Below are positions 22,136 to 35,933 of a stretch of DNA of 55,075 bases, piece by piece. The stretch is from a bacterium. Lineage in GTDB: Bacteria > J088 > JAWLBW01. The stretch spans positions 183,122 to 238,196 of the forward strand of contig JAWLHK010000007.1 in assembly GCA_041690355.1 (NCBI GenBank). The letters run 5' to 3'. Within the stretch, counting starts at the first letter, position 1; each line of letters starts with the position of its first letter. Position numbers and translations under genes: made by a program. The notes under the pieces were generated by a model. That model did not search any database and had not been told where the DNA came from. It saw nothing but the letters and a program-made list of their open reading frames with translations.

Positions 22136-22960
22136 TCAGTCGCCGAGCTGCCGGCGCATGGCGGCCACCTGTTCGCGCAGCCCGGCATGTTCGCCGTCGT
22201 CCTCGGCATCGGCGAGATAGCGCTCGAGATCACGGATGGCGTGACGATAGTTTTCCATGCGGTAGAGAACCAGCCCGCGATCGCGCACGTCGGGCAGCGA
22301 GTCAGGGCGAACGAGCAGCATCCGATCGATGGCCGCCAGCGCGCGCGCAAAATCGGGCGGCGAGGCCATGTAGATGTTCTTCAGGTTGGCGAGCATGCGG
22401 TAGACGATCGCACGCCAGCCGGCCGGTTCGAGCAGGCGCGGGTGAAACGGAATCCGGCTGCCCGCGATGCGGGCAAGCAGCTTTGCGCAGCCGGCGTCGT
22501 CGAGCGCGCGTCCGCCGTGAAAGGGGTCGAGCACCACGGCGGCGTCTTCGCCTTCGCCCACCCGCACGAGAAAGTGCCCCGGAAATCCGATGCCTTCGGC
22601 GGCCAGCCCGCAGCGCCGGGCGACCTCCATGTACAGGACGCTCAGCGTGATGGGTATGCCGGCCCGCCGTTCGAGCACGACGTTCAGAAAGCTGTTGTCG
22701 GGGGCGTAGTAGGCGTCGTGATTGCCGTGAAACCCCTGCTCTTCGGCGAGGGCGATGCGCAGGGCCTCCCAGCGAGGGACCGCGAGCCGCTGCGCCAGGC
22801 GACGCACCCGCTCGGCAAGCGCATCGAAACGTGCGAGCGTTTCGTCGATCGAGAGAGCGGGGTACTCTTCGGCGGCGATGAGCAGGGCAAGTTCGGCCAG
22901 CGACGGTTCGGGATCATCCCGCTCGACCAGCCGGGCAAAGCGTTCGCGCGGGGTTTCCAT
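22136..22960 (-). CDS. SirB1/YchA family (transglutaminase-like core plus TPR)
   Basis: GFHGNHDAYYAPDNSFLNVVLERRAGIPITLSVLY, GIGFPGHFLVR, DVRDRGLV. Confidence 0.88.
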   Translation of the reverse strand: METPRERFARLVERDDPEPSLAELALLIAAEEYPALSIDETLARFDALAERVRRLAQRLAVPRWEALRIALAEEQGFHGNHDAYYAPDNSFLNVVLERRAGIPITLSVLYMEVARRCGLAAEGIGFPGHFLVRVGEGEDAAVVLDPFHGGRALDDAGCAKLLARIAGSRIPFHPRLLEPAGWRAIVYRMLANLKNIYMASPPDFARALAAIDRMLLVRPDSLPDVRDRGLVLYRMENYRHAIRDLERYLADAEDDGEHAGLREQVAAMRRQLGD

Positions 22961-23055
22961 CGGGGTATTCTACCCGGTTCATCCGCGCGGTTCCCGCCTT
23001 CCTTCACCGGGAGCGACGACTGGCCTATAATGGGCGAGAACGCACCGGAGGCCCC

Positions 23056-26098
<3,043 letters not shown>

Positions 26099-26120
26099 GG
26101 CTCCCGATTTCGCTTTCCAG

Positions 26121-26145
26121 AACCGGCCCTCGCGGCCGGTTTTTT
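26121..26145 (+). terminator. Terminator after gyrB
   Basis: AACCGGCC-ctcgc-GGCCGGTT followed by TTTT. Confidence 0.75.
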
Positions 26146-27860
26146 CATGCCCGAAAGCTCAGACCGACGAGCGAGACCGAGCCGTCTGCAGCCAGGCGCC
26201 GGATGGTGAGGGCGACGCCGCCGATCACGATCCGGGCGTCTTCGTGAAGATTGTCGGTCCCCAGGCGCGTCCGCAACAGCTGGTCGAGCGTCCAGTCGCC
26301 GGGCGCGTCGATTTCGATATCGTAGAATTCCCGCAGCGCAGCCACCGTAACCTTGCCCTGGATGGGAAACTCGACGTCGGCGGGCACGGCGGCCGGCGCC
26401 TCGCCGACGACAGCGAAGGCGCGGTCGACCAGGGCGCGCACCTCGGGGCGCAGGACGACGAAGACGTGATCGCCGGGCAGGATGCGCGTGCTCCCGCGCG
26501 GGGGGATCATGCCGGCGCCGCGCGCGACCATGGCCACGACGGCCACCTCGGGGAGCGCCAGATCGCGCACGAGGCGGTTCGCGGCGCGCGAACCCGGGGT
26601 CACGCTGTACTCCACGATGTCGCCGTCGACGTCGCGAAGCGAGCTGATTTCGAGGGTGACGGGGGGACTTTCGGCACGCGGCTCCTCAAGCCCCAATCTG
26701 CGCGCGAGAAGCGGGAGCGTCCATCCCTGCGAGACGGCCGAGACGAGCACGACGAAGAAGATGACGTCGAAAATCACCTCGCCGCCGGGCACGCCGAAAA
26801 GCAGCGGGTAGCTGGCCAGCACGATGGGGACGGCTCCCTTGAGTCCGCCCCATGCCAGCAGCGTGAGTTCGCGCAGATTGAAGCGGAAAGGAAATACCGA
26901 GGCGGCCACGGCTATCGGGCGTGCGACGAAGATGAGAACGCCCGCGATGATCAGGCCATCAGGCGCGGCCTCGGCCAGCCGTGTGGGAAAGGAGAGCATG
27001 CCGAGCATGACGAACAGCGTAATCTGCGCGAGCCAGGCCGCGCCGTCCTGAAAGAGCAGGACGCCGTTCTTGAAGGTGATTTTCCGGTTCCCGATGACCA
27101 AGCCGGAGATGTAGACCGCTAGAAATCCGCTGCCGCCGAGCATGGCCGCCGAGCCGAACGAGAGCAGGCCGAATCCCGTAATCAGAATCGGATAGAGCCC
27201 CGTGGAGTCGAGGCGGATGCGGTTCACCGTCCACGTGCCGAGCCGGCCCACGGCATACCCCAGGGCCGCGCCGACCCCCATCTGCGTGAAGAACAGCGAC
27301 AGCATGCCGGCCGGCGAGTCGACCCGCCCCAGAATCCACTCGATCATGCCGATGGTCATGAAGACGGCCATCGGGTCGTTGGAGCCGCTTTCGACCTCGA
27401 GCGTCGACGCGAGACGCCGGTTCAGGTTGAGCCCCTGGGCGCGCAGCAGCGCAAAGACGGCCGCGGCGTCGGTGGAGCCCACGATGGAGCCGAGCAGGAG
27501 CCCCTGCTCGATGGGAATGCCGAGCAGAAACGCGGCGGCAAACCCGGTGATGACGGCCGTTGCAAAAACTCCGAACGACGCGAGCACGAGCGCCGGCCTC
27601 CACGCGAGGCGAAACGAGGCCATGGGCGTGCGCAGGCCGCCGTCGAAAAGGATGATCGCCAGCGAAACGGTCGCGATGCCGTGCGCCAGCGGGTAATTGT
27701 CAAAAGGTATCCGCCCGATTCCCTCCGAGCCGGCCAGCATGCCCACGAGCAGAAACAGGACGAGCACGGGAACGCCGACACGGGTCGACAGCTTGCTCGA
27801 TCCGATTCCAATCAGGAGCAGCAGCGCAACGATGAGGAGAATCTGGTCGATGAAGAACAA
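26145..27860 (-). CDS. cvrA: Potassium/proton antiporter CvrA/NhaP2
   Basis: ILFDGGLRT, GSTDAAAVF, LEVESGSNDPMAV, GLKGAVPIVLA, TrkA-C and CorC-like C-terminus. TTG start with GGAG SD. Confidence 0.9.
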   Translation of the reverse strand: MFFIDQILLIVALLLLIGIGSSKLSTRVGVPVLVLFLLVGMLAGSEGIGRIPFDNYPLAHGIATVSLAIILFDGGLRTPMASFRLAWRPALVLASFGVFATAVITGFAAAFLLGIPIEQGLLLGSIVGSTDAAAVFALLRAQGLNLNRRLASTLEVESGSNDPMAVFMTIGMIEWILGRVDSPAGMLSLFFTQMGVGAALGYAVGRLGTWTVNRIRLDSTGLYPILITGFGLLSFGSAAMLGGSGFLAVYISGLVIGNRKITFKNGVLLFQDGAAWLAQITLFVMLGMLSFPTRLAEAAPDGLIIAGVLIFVARPIAVAASVFPFRFNLRELTLLAWGGLKGAVPIVLASYPLLFGVPGGEVIFDVIFFVVLVSAVSQGWTLPLLARRLGLEEPRAESPPVTLEISSLRDVDGDIVEYSVTPGSRAANRLVRDLALPEVAVVAMVARGAGMIPPRGSTRILPGDHVFVVLRPEVRALVDRAFAVVGEAPAAVPADVEFPIQGKVTVAALREFYDIEIDAPGDWTLDQLLRTRLGTDNLHEDARIVIGGVALTIRRLAADGSVSLVGLSFRA

Positions 27861-28027
27861 AGGGCTCCGGCGGAAAAGGATATCGTATCCGAATGCCCCG
27901 CTTTCTGCTGCGGCGTGGGCGTCGCATCGCGGTGCGGCTTCCATTATCGACGATGACGCCGTCGGGCGGAACGTGCCGGGGGCAGGCGGTATAATGGGAG
28001 GCGGTCTCTCTTACCCCCGGAGGAACG

Positions 28028-28489
28028 ATGGCGAAGACATTGCAGCCCGGCGACACGGCGCCCGATTTCGAACTCCCCTCGAGCCAGGGGGGCAACGTGC
28101 GCCTCTCCGACTTCCGCGGAAAGAAGCACGTCGTCGTGTACTTCTATCCGAAGGACGAGACCCCCGGCTGCACCGCCGAGGCCTGCTCGTTTCGCGACAG
28201 CTATGAGGACTTCACGGCCGCCGGCGCCGAAGTGATCGGCATCAGCTCGGATTCGGCGGCCTCGCATGAGCGCTTCGCATCCCGGCACCGCCTCCCCTTT
28301 CACCTGTTGAGCGACCAGGGGGGCAAGGTGCGCGCCGCCTGGGGGGTCAAGAGCACGCTGGGGCTGCTGCCCGGGCGGGTGACCTTTCTCATCGACAAGG
28401 CGGGGATCGTGCGTCATGTGTTCAGCTCGCAGCTGAACCCCCTCAAGCACATTTCGGAAACGAAGCGGATTCTGGGGGAACTGGGCTGA
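28028..28489 (+). CDS. bcp: Peroxiredoxin (Bcp/PrxQ)
   Basis: FYPKDETPGCTAEACSFRD, GRVTFLID. Confidence 0.9.
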   Translation: MAKTLQPGDTAPDFELPSSQGGNVRLSDFRGKKHVVVYFYPKDETPGCTAEACSFRDSYEDFTAAGAEVIGISSDSAASHERFASRHRLPFHLLSDQGGKVRAAWGVKSTLGLLPGRVTFLIDKAGIVRHVFSSQLNPLKHISETKRILGELG

Positions 28490-28514
28490 TGATGATCATC
28501 GCCGTTATTGAGTA

Positions 28515-28543
28515 TTGCAGGCGCAAGCTCAACACCGTACAGT
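28515..28543 (+). promoter_or_regulatory. Sigma-70-like promoter
   Basis: TTGCAG-N17-TACAGT upstream of the ORF at 28610. Confidence 0.5.
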
Positions 28544-28609
28544 CTCCCTGATGAGACCGGCACGGCAAACCGGACGGTCTACCAGAGGTCGATCACATTG
28601 GAGCCACAC

Positions 28610-29578
28610 ATGCGCCGCTCGCTTTTTCTCTTCTTTCTTCTGTTGATGACCGCCTGCTCGGAGCCGGAACCTGACCCCGAGTCGGACTACTCACCGTACC
28701 CCGAAGACGAGGAGCAGGAGCAGGAACCGGAGCTGATTGACGTGAAGATCGACTGCCGGATTTCCAGCGAATCGACCTTGTCGGTAGTGACGTGGCCCGA
28801 ATCCGCAGCGGAGCCGGCCGACCCCGTTTCGGGCCTGAATCTCACCCAGTGTGCTTATGGATACCATGCATACAATAACGCCGTCTACATTGCGGCCATG
28901 GGCAATGGCTACCCGGCGATGGAGCTGGTCCTGGATGCCGACGGCGCGTCAATGCCGGTGCAAAGCTGGACCGGCAGGTTGCTCACCATCAATCCCTCGG
29001 AATGGGAAGGTTCCGAAGCCCTGAACGGATACTTCAACTCCTACTACCATGCTGGCGTCCGCATAACCGACCCCGGGCAAAGCATGGACGTCAAGTCAAG
29101 CACCTATCTTGCTTCGGGCACTGTGGTGGTCGAGTCGGGCACTTTCCCCATGGGTCCCGATGAGACGGGCGTGATTACCCTGCGGGTAGACGATCTCCGG
29201 ATTCGCTACACCTACACATTCGACGCCGACGCCCCGGTATCTATCCTGAAGGGGTCTGCCCGTCTGGTCGTCACCATCACCACGACCGGGATCTACAAGG
29301 AGCCTGAGTCCGACCAGACCGGTGGCGGGGGCGGGGGCGGGGGCGGGGGCGGGGGTTCGGACTTCAGCGACATTGATACCCCCGATAATTGTATTTACTG
29401 TTCGGCCACGGGCTCACGCAGCGGCGTCGATCCATACTGCGGATCAGACCATTACTGCCCCGATGGCGGCTGCTGCCCCCAAGGGTATGGATGGCTGATC
29501 AACGATACCTGCTACGACGATCCGGTTATCGCCTGCCGTGAGAACGGCGGGGTCTGCCCCACGAGGTGCGATCTGTAG
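28610..29578 (+). CDS. Hypothetical lipoprotein with poly-Gly linker and Cys-rich C-terminus
   Basis: Lipobox MTA-C; Gly12 linker; 10 Cys in the last ~62 aa; visibly lower GC than the flanks. Confidence 0.7.
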   Translation: MRRSLFLFFLLLMTACSEPEPDPESDYSPYPEDEEQEQEPELIDVKIDCRISSESTLSVVTWPESAAEPADPVSGLNLTQCAYGYHAYNNAVYIAAMGNGYPAMELVLDADGASMPVQSWTGRLLTINPSEWEGSEALNGYFNSYYHAGVRITDPGQSMDVKSSTYLASGTVVVESGTFPMGPDETGVITLRVDDLRIRYTYTFDADAPVSILKGSARLVVTITTTGIYKEPESDQTGGGGGGGGGGGGSDFSDIDTPDNCIYCSATGSRSGVDPYCGSDHYCPDGGCCPQGYGWLINDTCYDDPVIACRENGGVCPTRCDL

Positions 29579-29620
29579 GGAACCGAAAGGCGACTGCCGT
29601 CCTGCGATTGGATTGCTGAA

Positions 29621-30976
29621 TCAGACGGGCTGCGCCTCAAGTTCCGTCAGGCCTTCGTCCAGGTACTGCAGAAACGGCTCGAGCGTGGGGACGTTGCGGC
29701 TGCAGGCGAGCAGACCGAATTCAAGGCGATCCCCGTAGCTCGTGCACGTGATGTTGAGCGCCTGCCCGTCGAGCACGATGGAGAGCGGATAGGCGGCTTC
29801 GACCCGCGCCCCCTCGTAATAAAGCGTCTGCGACGGGCCGGGCACGTTCGAGATGACGACGTTGAAGGCCTGGCGCGTCGGTACGAGACCGGTGGCCATG
29901 TTGACGGCGGGGATGGTCATGAGGGTCGAGACGTACTCGAGAATCTCGAGCTGCGTCATGCCGGCATAGCGGTTCTTCGCGTGCTGAACCGATCTGCGGA
30001 TGGCTTCGAGTCGCTTCACGGGATCCGCGACGTCGGTGGCGAGACCGGCGAGCATGAGGCCGACCTGGTTGCCACCGTCAGAGCCGTCGCTCCGCAGTGA
30101 AATCGGAACCATGGCGACCAGCGGTTTTGCCGGCAGCGCATTCCGCTCGATCAGATACCTGCGCAGCGCCGAGGCGCACATGGCGAGTACGATGTCGTTC
30201 AGCTTGGCGTCATGCAGCCGGGCGATGCGCCGCAGGCGCGCCAGCTTCCACGAACCGGCGGCGTAGCGGCGCGAACCGCCGATGGCCTGATTCAGCACCG
30301 TCGACGGCGTCTTCAACATGGACGCCTGGTGCGGATGCCCCTTGGCCACATCCTGAACCGTCTGGAAAACCGCTCTGGCGACCCGGGGGAGTGCCGTGAC
30401 CTGCTCGCGGGCGAGGGAGCCGAGGCCGGCGAGCAGTTCGCCGGTTTCATCCGGCTTTTTCCCGCGGGGCTGCGTAAGGGCCCAGAAGGGGGTCACGCCG
30501 CGCATATCCGGCTCGGTAGACAGGGCCCGCTGCAGCATGCGCGCGCCCGAGACGCCGTCGGCGAGCGCGTGGTGAATCTTGATGTAGAGCGCGCCCCGGT
30601 TTCCCTCGACCCCCTCGATAAGGTAAGCCTCCCACAACGGCTTCGTGCGATCGAGCGGGGCGGCGTGAAGCGCCGCGACGAGCGCGTGCAGTTCCGTCAT
30701 GGTGCCCGGCTGCGGCAGGGCCAGGCGCCGGAAATGCGCATGGACGTCGAAATCCCGATCCGTGTCCCAGAACCACTTGCCGCGCTTGCGCACGAGCTGC
30801 AGGTTGAACGGCGGGTGCGCCGAGGTCGCGCTGACGGCGCGCTCGGCCTGCTCCCTGAAGAACTGCCGGCGGGAACCGGCCGGCGGCTTCAGGAGCAGCA
30901 GGCTGCCGACATGCATCGGCTGATGCGGACGCTCGAGCAGCAGAAAGAGCTGGTCGCGGGGGTCGACGGCTTTCAT
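29621..30976 (-). CDS. Wax ester synthase / diacylglycerol acyltransferase (WS/DGAT)
   Basis: PMHVG, LDRTKPLWE, KIHHALADG (HHxxxDG), NVVISNVPGP. Confidence 0.93.
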   Translation of the reverse strand: MKAVDPRDQLFLLLERPHQPMHVGSLLLLKPPAGSRRQFFREQAERAVSATSAHPPFNLQLVRKRGKWFWDTDRDFDVHAHFRRLALPQPGTMTELHALVAALHAAPLDRTKPLWEAYLIEGVEGNRGALYIKIHHALADGVSGARMLQRALSTEPDMRGVTPFWALTQPRGKKPDETGELLAGLGSLAREQVTALPRVARAVFQTVQDVAKGHPHQASMLKTPSTVLNQAIGGSRRYAAGSWKLARLRRIARLHDAKLNDIVLAMCASALRRYLIERNALPAKPLVAMVPISLRSDGSDGGNQVGLMLAGLATDVADPVKRLEAIRRSVQHAKNRYAGMTQLEILEYVSTLMTIPAVNMATGLVPTRQAFNVVISNVPGPSQTLYYEGARVEAAYPLSIVLDGQALNITCTSYGDRLEFGLLACSRNVPTLEPFLQYLDEGLTELEAQPV

Positions 30977-31048
30977 GGGCCCTCCAGTCCACCGGCAGAA
31001 ATCAGTACGCCGGAGCCCCGTGCGGAACTCCGGCGCGTGGAGCGCCGA

Positions 31049-31906
31049 TCAGAAGTGGTTGTCGATCTCGGCGAGAAACTTGGCAGCCTTTTCCTTGGCC
31101 GTGCGGTTCTCCAGCCTGTACAGCGACGTCGCGTCTTCTGGCGCGGCCGCGACTTCGCTGACCAGGCGGAAGTAGAGGTCGCGCTCGTCCATGGGAATCG
31201 CGTAGAATTCCGCATAGTACATCTTATTGTCGTAGCACCCCTCTTCCTGGATGGAGACCTCGTACAGTTCGCGAGCCTTCTCCATATCGCCACCGAAGGC
31301 GCCCGCCTTCGCGTAGAACGCGGCGGCCATCAGACGCGGAGCATGGCAGAGAAAGTCAGGGTCGAGCTCCATGGCCTTCTCGAACAGCGCACGGACCTTC
31401 GGGATATCGAAGGCGACCTTGGAAATGCCCTGAATCTCGGCCCAGCGCCCCCAGTTGGCGGAGGCAAACTGCAGGGCGTGCACGAAAGCCTTGTCGTCGA
31501 TCGATGCGACGGCCTCTTTCATGCTCCCCCCGTTCTGCACGACCGCGTAGTAGCCCGGGTGCATCTCGAGGCGCTTCAACGCGAACTGGCGCCCGCGTTC
31601 AAAGGCGGCCTGCTTGTCGGCATCCTCTTTCATGTAGGCGTAGCCGAGCTGGAAATAGCCGATGGCCAGATGATCGAGCACATTCGCGTCGGTGGCGTGA
31701 ATCGCGTAGGCGGCTTCGTAGAGATCCAAGGCCTTTCGCAGACGCTCCTGTTCGAGCCGCCCTTCGTATTCCTCGTCGGCCTCGCGGACGAGCGCGGTGA
31801 AGTCGGCGTCTTCGGCGACCCCGGCGACGGGAGTGATGACGGCGCTCTGCACGCCGGCGCAGGCATGCAACACGACAACGGTGACGGCAAGGAGAAAGTG
31901 GCGCAT
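31049..31906 (-). CDS. TRAP transporter TatT-like TPR lipoprotein
   Basis: Lipobox LHA-C; ASANWGRW, AMELDPDF, FGGDMEKARELY, ENRTAKEKA. Confidence 0.7.
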   Translation of the reverse strand: MRHFLLAVTVVVLHACAGVQSAVITPVAGVAEDADFTALVREADEEYEGRLEQERLRKALDLYEAAYAIHATDANVLDHLAIGYFQLGYAYMKEDADKQAAFERGRQFALKRLEMHPGYYAVVQNGGSMKEAVASIDDKAFVHALQFASANWGRWAEIQGISKVAFDIPKVRALFEKAMELDPDFLCHAPRLMAAAFYAKAGAFGGDMEKARELYEVSIQEEGCYDNKMYYAEFYAIPMDERDLYFRLVSEVAAAPEDATSLYRLENRTAKEKAAKFLAEIDNHF

Positions 31907-32076
31907 GGGTCCTCGATCGGTAATCACGGTGGATTCTGCACGGCGGCGTCGTCGCGCGCCCGCCGCCAAAGAGGGAGCATCAGACAAGGCCGCATGTCAT
32001 AATGTGGGGACACTCTACAACCGCCGGGCCGACGGTGTCAAGTTGACCGGTCGCTCGGCGGGTCTCCGGCAAATCC

Positions 32077-32505
32077 ATGGAACGCGGAATGAAGGAAGAG
32101 GCCATCGTCTTCGAGCAGCCCATCACCGTACGGCCCGAGCACATTGACTTGATGGGCCACGTGAACAACGTCGTTTACGTGCAGTGGGTGCAGGACGCGG
32201 CGACCGCCCATTGGCTCGCGGCGGCGACGCCCGAGCAGAAGGAGACCATCGCCTGGGTCGTTCTGCGGCATGAGATCGATTACCTCAAGTCGGCCTTCGT
32301 CGACGAGGCGCTGCTCGCGCGCACGTGGGTGGGCGAAGACAAGGGCGTGCGCTACGAGCGCCATGTCGAGATCGTTCGCCCGGCCGACGGCGCCGTGCTG
32401 GCTCGCGCGCGCAGCTTCTGGTGCGCGGTCGATCCGGTCCGTTTCCGCCCGAAGCGGGTCGATAAGGACGTGCGGGCGCGGTTCGTGAAGGAGTCGGTCG
32501 CGTGA
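32077..32505 (+). CDS. Acyl-CoA thioesterase (4HBT/YbgC hot-dog family)
   Basis: IDLMGHVNNVVY, WVVLRHEIDY. Alternative start at 32089. Confidence 0.88.
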   Translation: MERGMKEEAIVFEQPITVRPEHIDLMGHVNNVVYVQWVQDAATAHWLAAATPEQKETIAWVVLRHEIDYLKSAFVDEALLARTWVGEDKGVRYERHVEIVRPADGAVLARARSFWCAVDPVRFRPKRVDKDVRARFVKESVA

Positions 32506-33185
32506 GCGCGCGAAAGCCGCTGAAGGCGCCGTCGGCCGCGATCCGTTCAGGGCGGCAGTACCGCGGCGTCAGCGAGGCCGAACGGCTGCGCGAGCGACAC
32601 GCGCGCCTGCTCGAAGCGGGATACCGCATCTTCGGGGATCAGGGGTATCAGCACTCGACCGTCAAGTCTGTCTGCGCAGCGGCAGGGCTGACCGAACGGT
32701 ACTTCTACGAATCGTTCGCGAACCGTGACGATCTCTTCCGCGCCGTCTACGAAGCGCAGATCGAGCGGCTGCGGGATACCGTGGTCGCCGCCATCATGGC
32801 GCAGCAGGGTCCTGAAGACATGACCCGCGAAGGGCTGCGTGCCTACTTCTCGGCGCTGCAGCAGGATCCGCTTCTGGCCCGCATCGTGCTCATGGAAGTG
32901 ACTCGGGTCGGCGGCGACATGGACGCCGTCTGGCGCGCCTCGGTTGAACAGTTCACGCAGCTCCTGCGCGGATTCGCCCCCCGCTTTCTCATCGGCCCCG
33001 ACGGGCCCGCCTACGATCTGGAGCTGCTTTCTGCGGGCCTGGTCGGCATCGCGCTCCACGTCGCGATGCTGTGGAATCTGGGCGGCTACCGGCAGCCCCT
33101 CGAGACGGTCGTGGGGCACTGTTTTCTGCAGTTCAACGCCGTTCGCAAGGCCCTGCAGGAAACCGACGCCCCGCGCGAATCCTGA
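32502..33185 (+). CDS. TetR/AcrR family regulator
   Basis: RQYRGVS..ERLRER, TVKSVCAAAGLTERYFYESF HTH. GTGA overlap with the thioesterase gene. Confidence 0.9.
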   Translation: MSARKPLKAPSAAIRSGRQYRGVSEAERLRERHARLLEAGYRIFGDQGYQHSTVKSVCAAAGLTERYFYESFANRDDLFRAVYEAQIERLRDTVVAAIMAQQGPEDMTREGLRAYFSALQQDPLLARIVLMEVTRVGGDMDAVWRASVEQFTQLLRGFAPRFLIGPDGPAYDLELLSAGLVGIALHVAMLWNLGGYRQPLETVVGHCFLQFNAVRKALQETDAPRES

Positions 33186-33221
33186 AGCACGCACGCCCCG
33201 GCGGAACTTCGGATACCATGA

Positions 33222-34616
<1,395 letters not shown>

Positions 34617-34649
34617 CCCGTTCCCCACTGCGGAACCTGCGGATTCCGT

Positions 34650-34679
34650 TTGACAGGCCGCCCGCGGGCTTGCTACACT
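34650..34679 (+). promoter_or_regulatory. Sigma-70 promoter of tRNA-Asn
   Basis: TTGACA-N18-TACACT with extended -10 TG. Confidence 0.7.
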
Positions 34680-34733
34680 AAATCCTTTCACCGGCGGATT
34701 TCCGCAGGAAACCCCGGCGAAGCGACAATTTGT

Positions 34734-34809
34734 TCCGGCATAGCTCAGCTGGCAGAGCGGGTGACTGTTAATCACCATGTCCCAGGTTCAAATCCTGGTG
34801 CCGGAGCCA
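34734..34809 (+). tRNA. tRNA-Asn (GTT)
   Basis: 76-nt cloverleaf: TCCGGCA/TGCCGGA acceptor stem, GGTGA-CTGTTAA-TCACC anticodon arm, GGTTCAAATCC T-arm, encoded CCA. Confidence 0.97.
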
Positions 34810-34816
34810 TTTTATG

Positions 34817-34853
34817 AAGGCAGTGCGTGAATCCATGCACTGCCTTTTTCTTT
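34817..34853 (+). terminator. Terminator after the tRNA
   Basis: AAGGCAGTGCGTG-aatc-CATGCACTGCCTT followed by TTTCTTT. Confidence 0.85.
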
Positions 34854-34886
34854 GTCTCACCCGGGCAACCTCAAGGCAGCCAGTGC

Positions 34887-35187
34887 CTATTCGGCTCGCG
34901 ATAGATCCGTCTCGGAAAGCAGGCGATGGCCTTCGAATACGGTGAGGATCTGGACGTGCTGCCCATGGACCCGGTACACGTTCCGGTAGGTTCCCTCGAA
35001 TACCTCTCGAATCGCGGGATTACCGATCTCGGGCACGATGCGACCGCGTTCGGGGAATGTCTGGAGACTCCCCGCTCTGGCAACGATTCGTCGATCAACT
35101 GCTCGCCCGCAGCGGAATGATCTCTTGCGAGAAAGGCTTGGATCTCAGCAAGCCGCTGAATGCCTGTTCGGTCCACCGGACCTTCAC
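34887..35187 (-). pseudogene. RelE/ParE-family toxin with two single-base frameshifts
   Basis: GTG overlaps the antitoxin stop. Stitched frames read MKVRWTEQA/QRLAEIQAFLARDHSAAGEQLID/IVARAGSLQTFPERGRIVPEIGNPAIREVFEGTYRNVYRVHGQHVQILTVFEGHRLL...; length 301 nt = 303-2. Confidence 0.85.
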
Positions 35188-35471
35188 GGCTTTTCGAGGC
35201 TCTCCGCCAGACGTCTGCGTAGTGTTCCGGTGTCCATCGTGCGCCCGGCTTCAGCATCGGTGATACCAGACGCAACCGACTGGACGAAGGCCGCACGCTC
35301 CTGAAGTCGATCGTATTCGACCGGCGAAAGCATCACGGCCGCCGGCTTGCCATGCTGGGTGACGACGAGCGGGCGGCCCGAGTCGCGCAGCCGATCGAGC
35401 ATGCGCGCGGCTTGGGCCTTGAACTCCCCGATGGGGACAATATCCTCGGCGATGCTGATGCGTTTAGGCAT
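35184..35471 (-). CDS. Phd/YefM family antitoxin
   Basis: IVPIGEFKAQAARML...PLVVTQHGKPAAVMLSPVEY. Palindrome ATCGTACGAT upstream at 35507-35516. Confidence 0.9.
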   Translation of the reverse strand: MPKRISIAEDIVPIGEFKAQAARMLDRLRDSGRPLVVTQHGKPAAVMLSPVEYDRLQERAAFVQSVASGITDAEAGRTMDTGTLRRRLAESLEKP

Positions 35472-35708
35472 ACGATCCGACGAAAAGACCGAATTTCATA
35501 CCTTTAATCGTACGATATTCTGACCAATGAAAGCAAGTCGCCGCAGAGCAGGTCTCCGGGGGATGCAATGTCGCGGCACCTCTACAGGGCGTATGTCCAC
35601 CGGCCTGCACCTGACTGCCCCAGGCTGCTTTTCGGGCGGGCGCCCGGGGCTGCACGTTTTGAGTCGCAGGACCATCCTGCGACTTTGGAACAACCAGTGG
35701 AGGTCACC

Positions 35709-35900
35709 ATGAATCCGGATCAGAGCGAAGGAAAACTGAACCAGCTGAAGGGCCGCGCGAAGAAGGCCTGGGGCGAGCTGACAGGCGACCAGGGGAAAAA
35801 GGCCGAGGGGTCGAGCGAGAAATTCGACGCGAAAGTGCAGGAAAAAATCGGCGACGCCAAGGACGCCATCGACAGGAATCTCGGCGACCGCAACCGCTGA
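35709..35900 (+). CDS. CsbD family stress protein
   Basis: MNPDQSEGKLNQLKGRAKKAWGELTGD; GGAGG SD. Confidence 0.88.
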   Translation: MNPDQSEGKLNQLKGRAKKAWGELTGDQGKKAEGSSEKFDAKVQEKIGDAKDAIDRNLGDRNR

Positions 35901-35933
35901 CGTTCCGCGCCCGGAGGAACTCCGCGGAGAACC

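Noticed and set aside
34871-35296. 141-aa ORF as an intact toxin
   Set aside because: Only its middle ~23 aa are in the toxin frame; the rest is out of frame, consistent with the pseudogene call.
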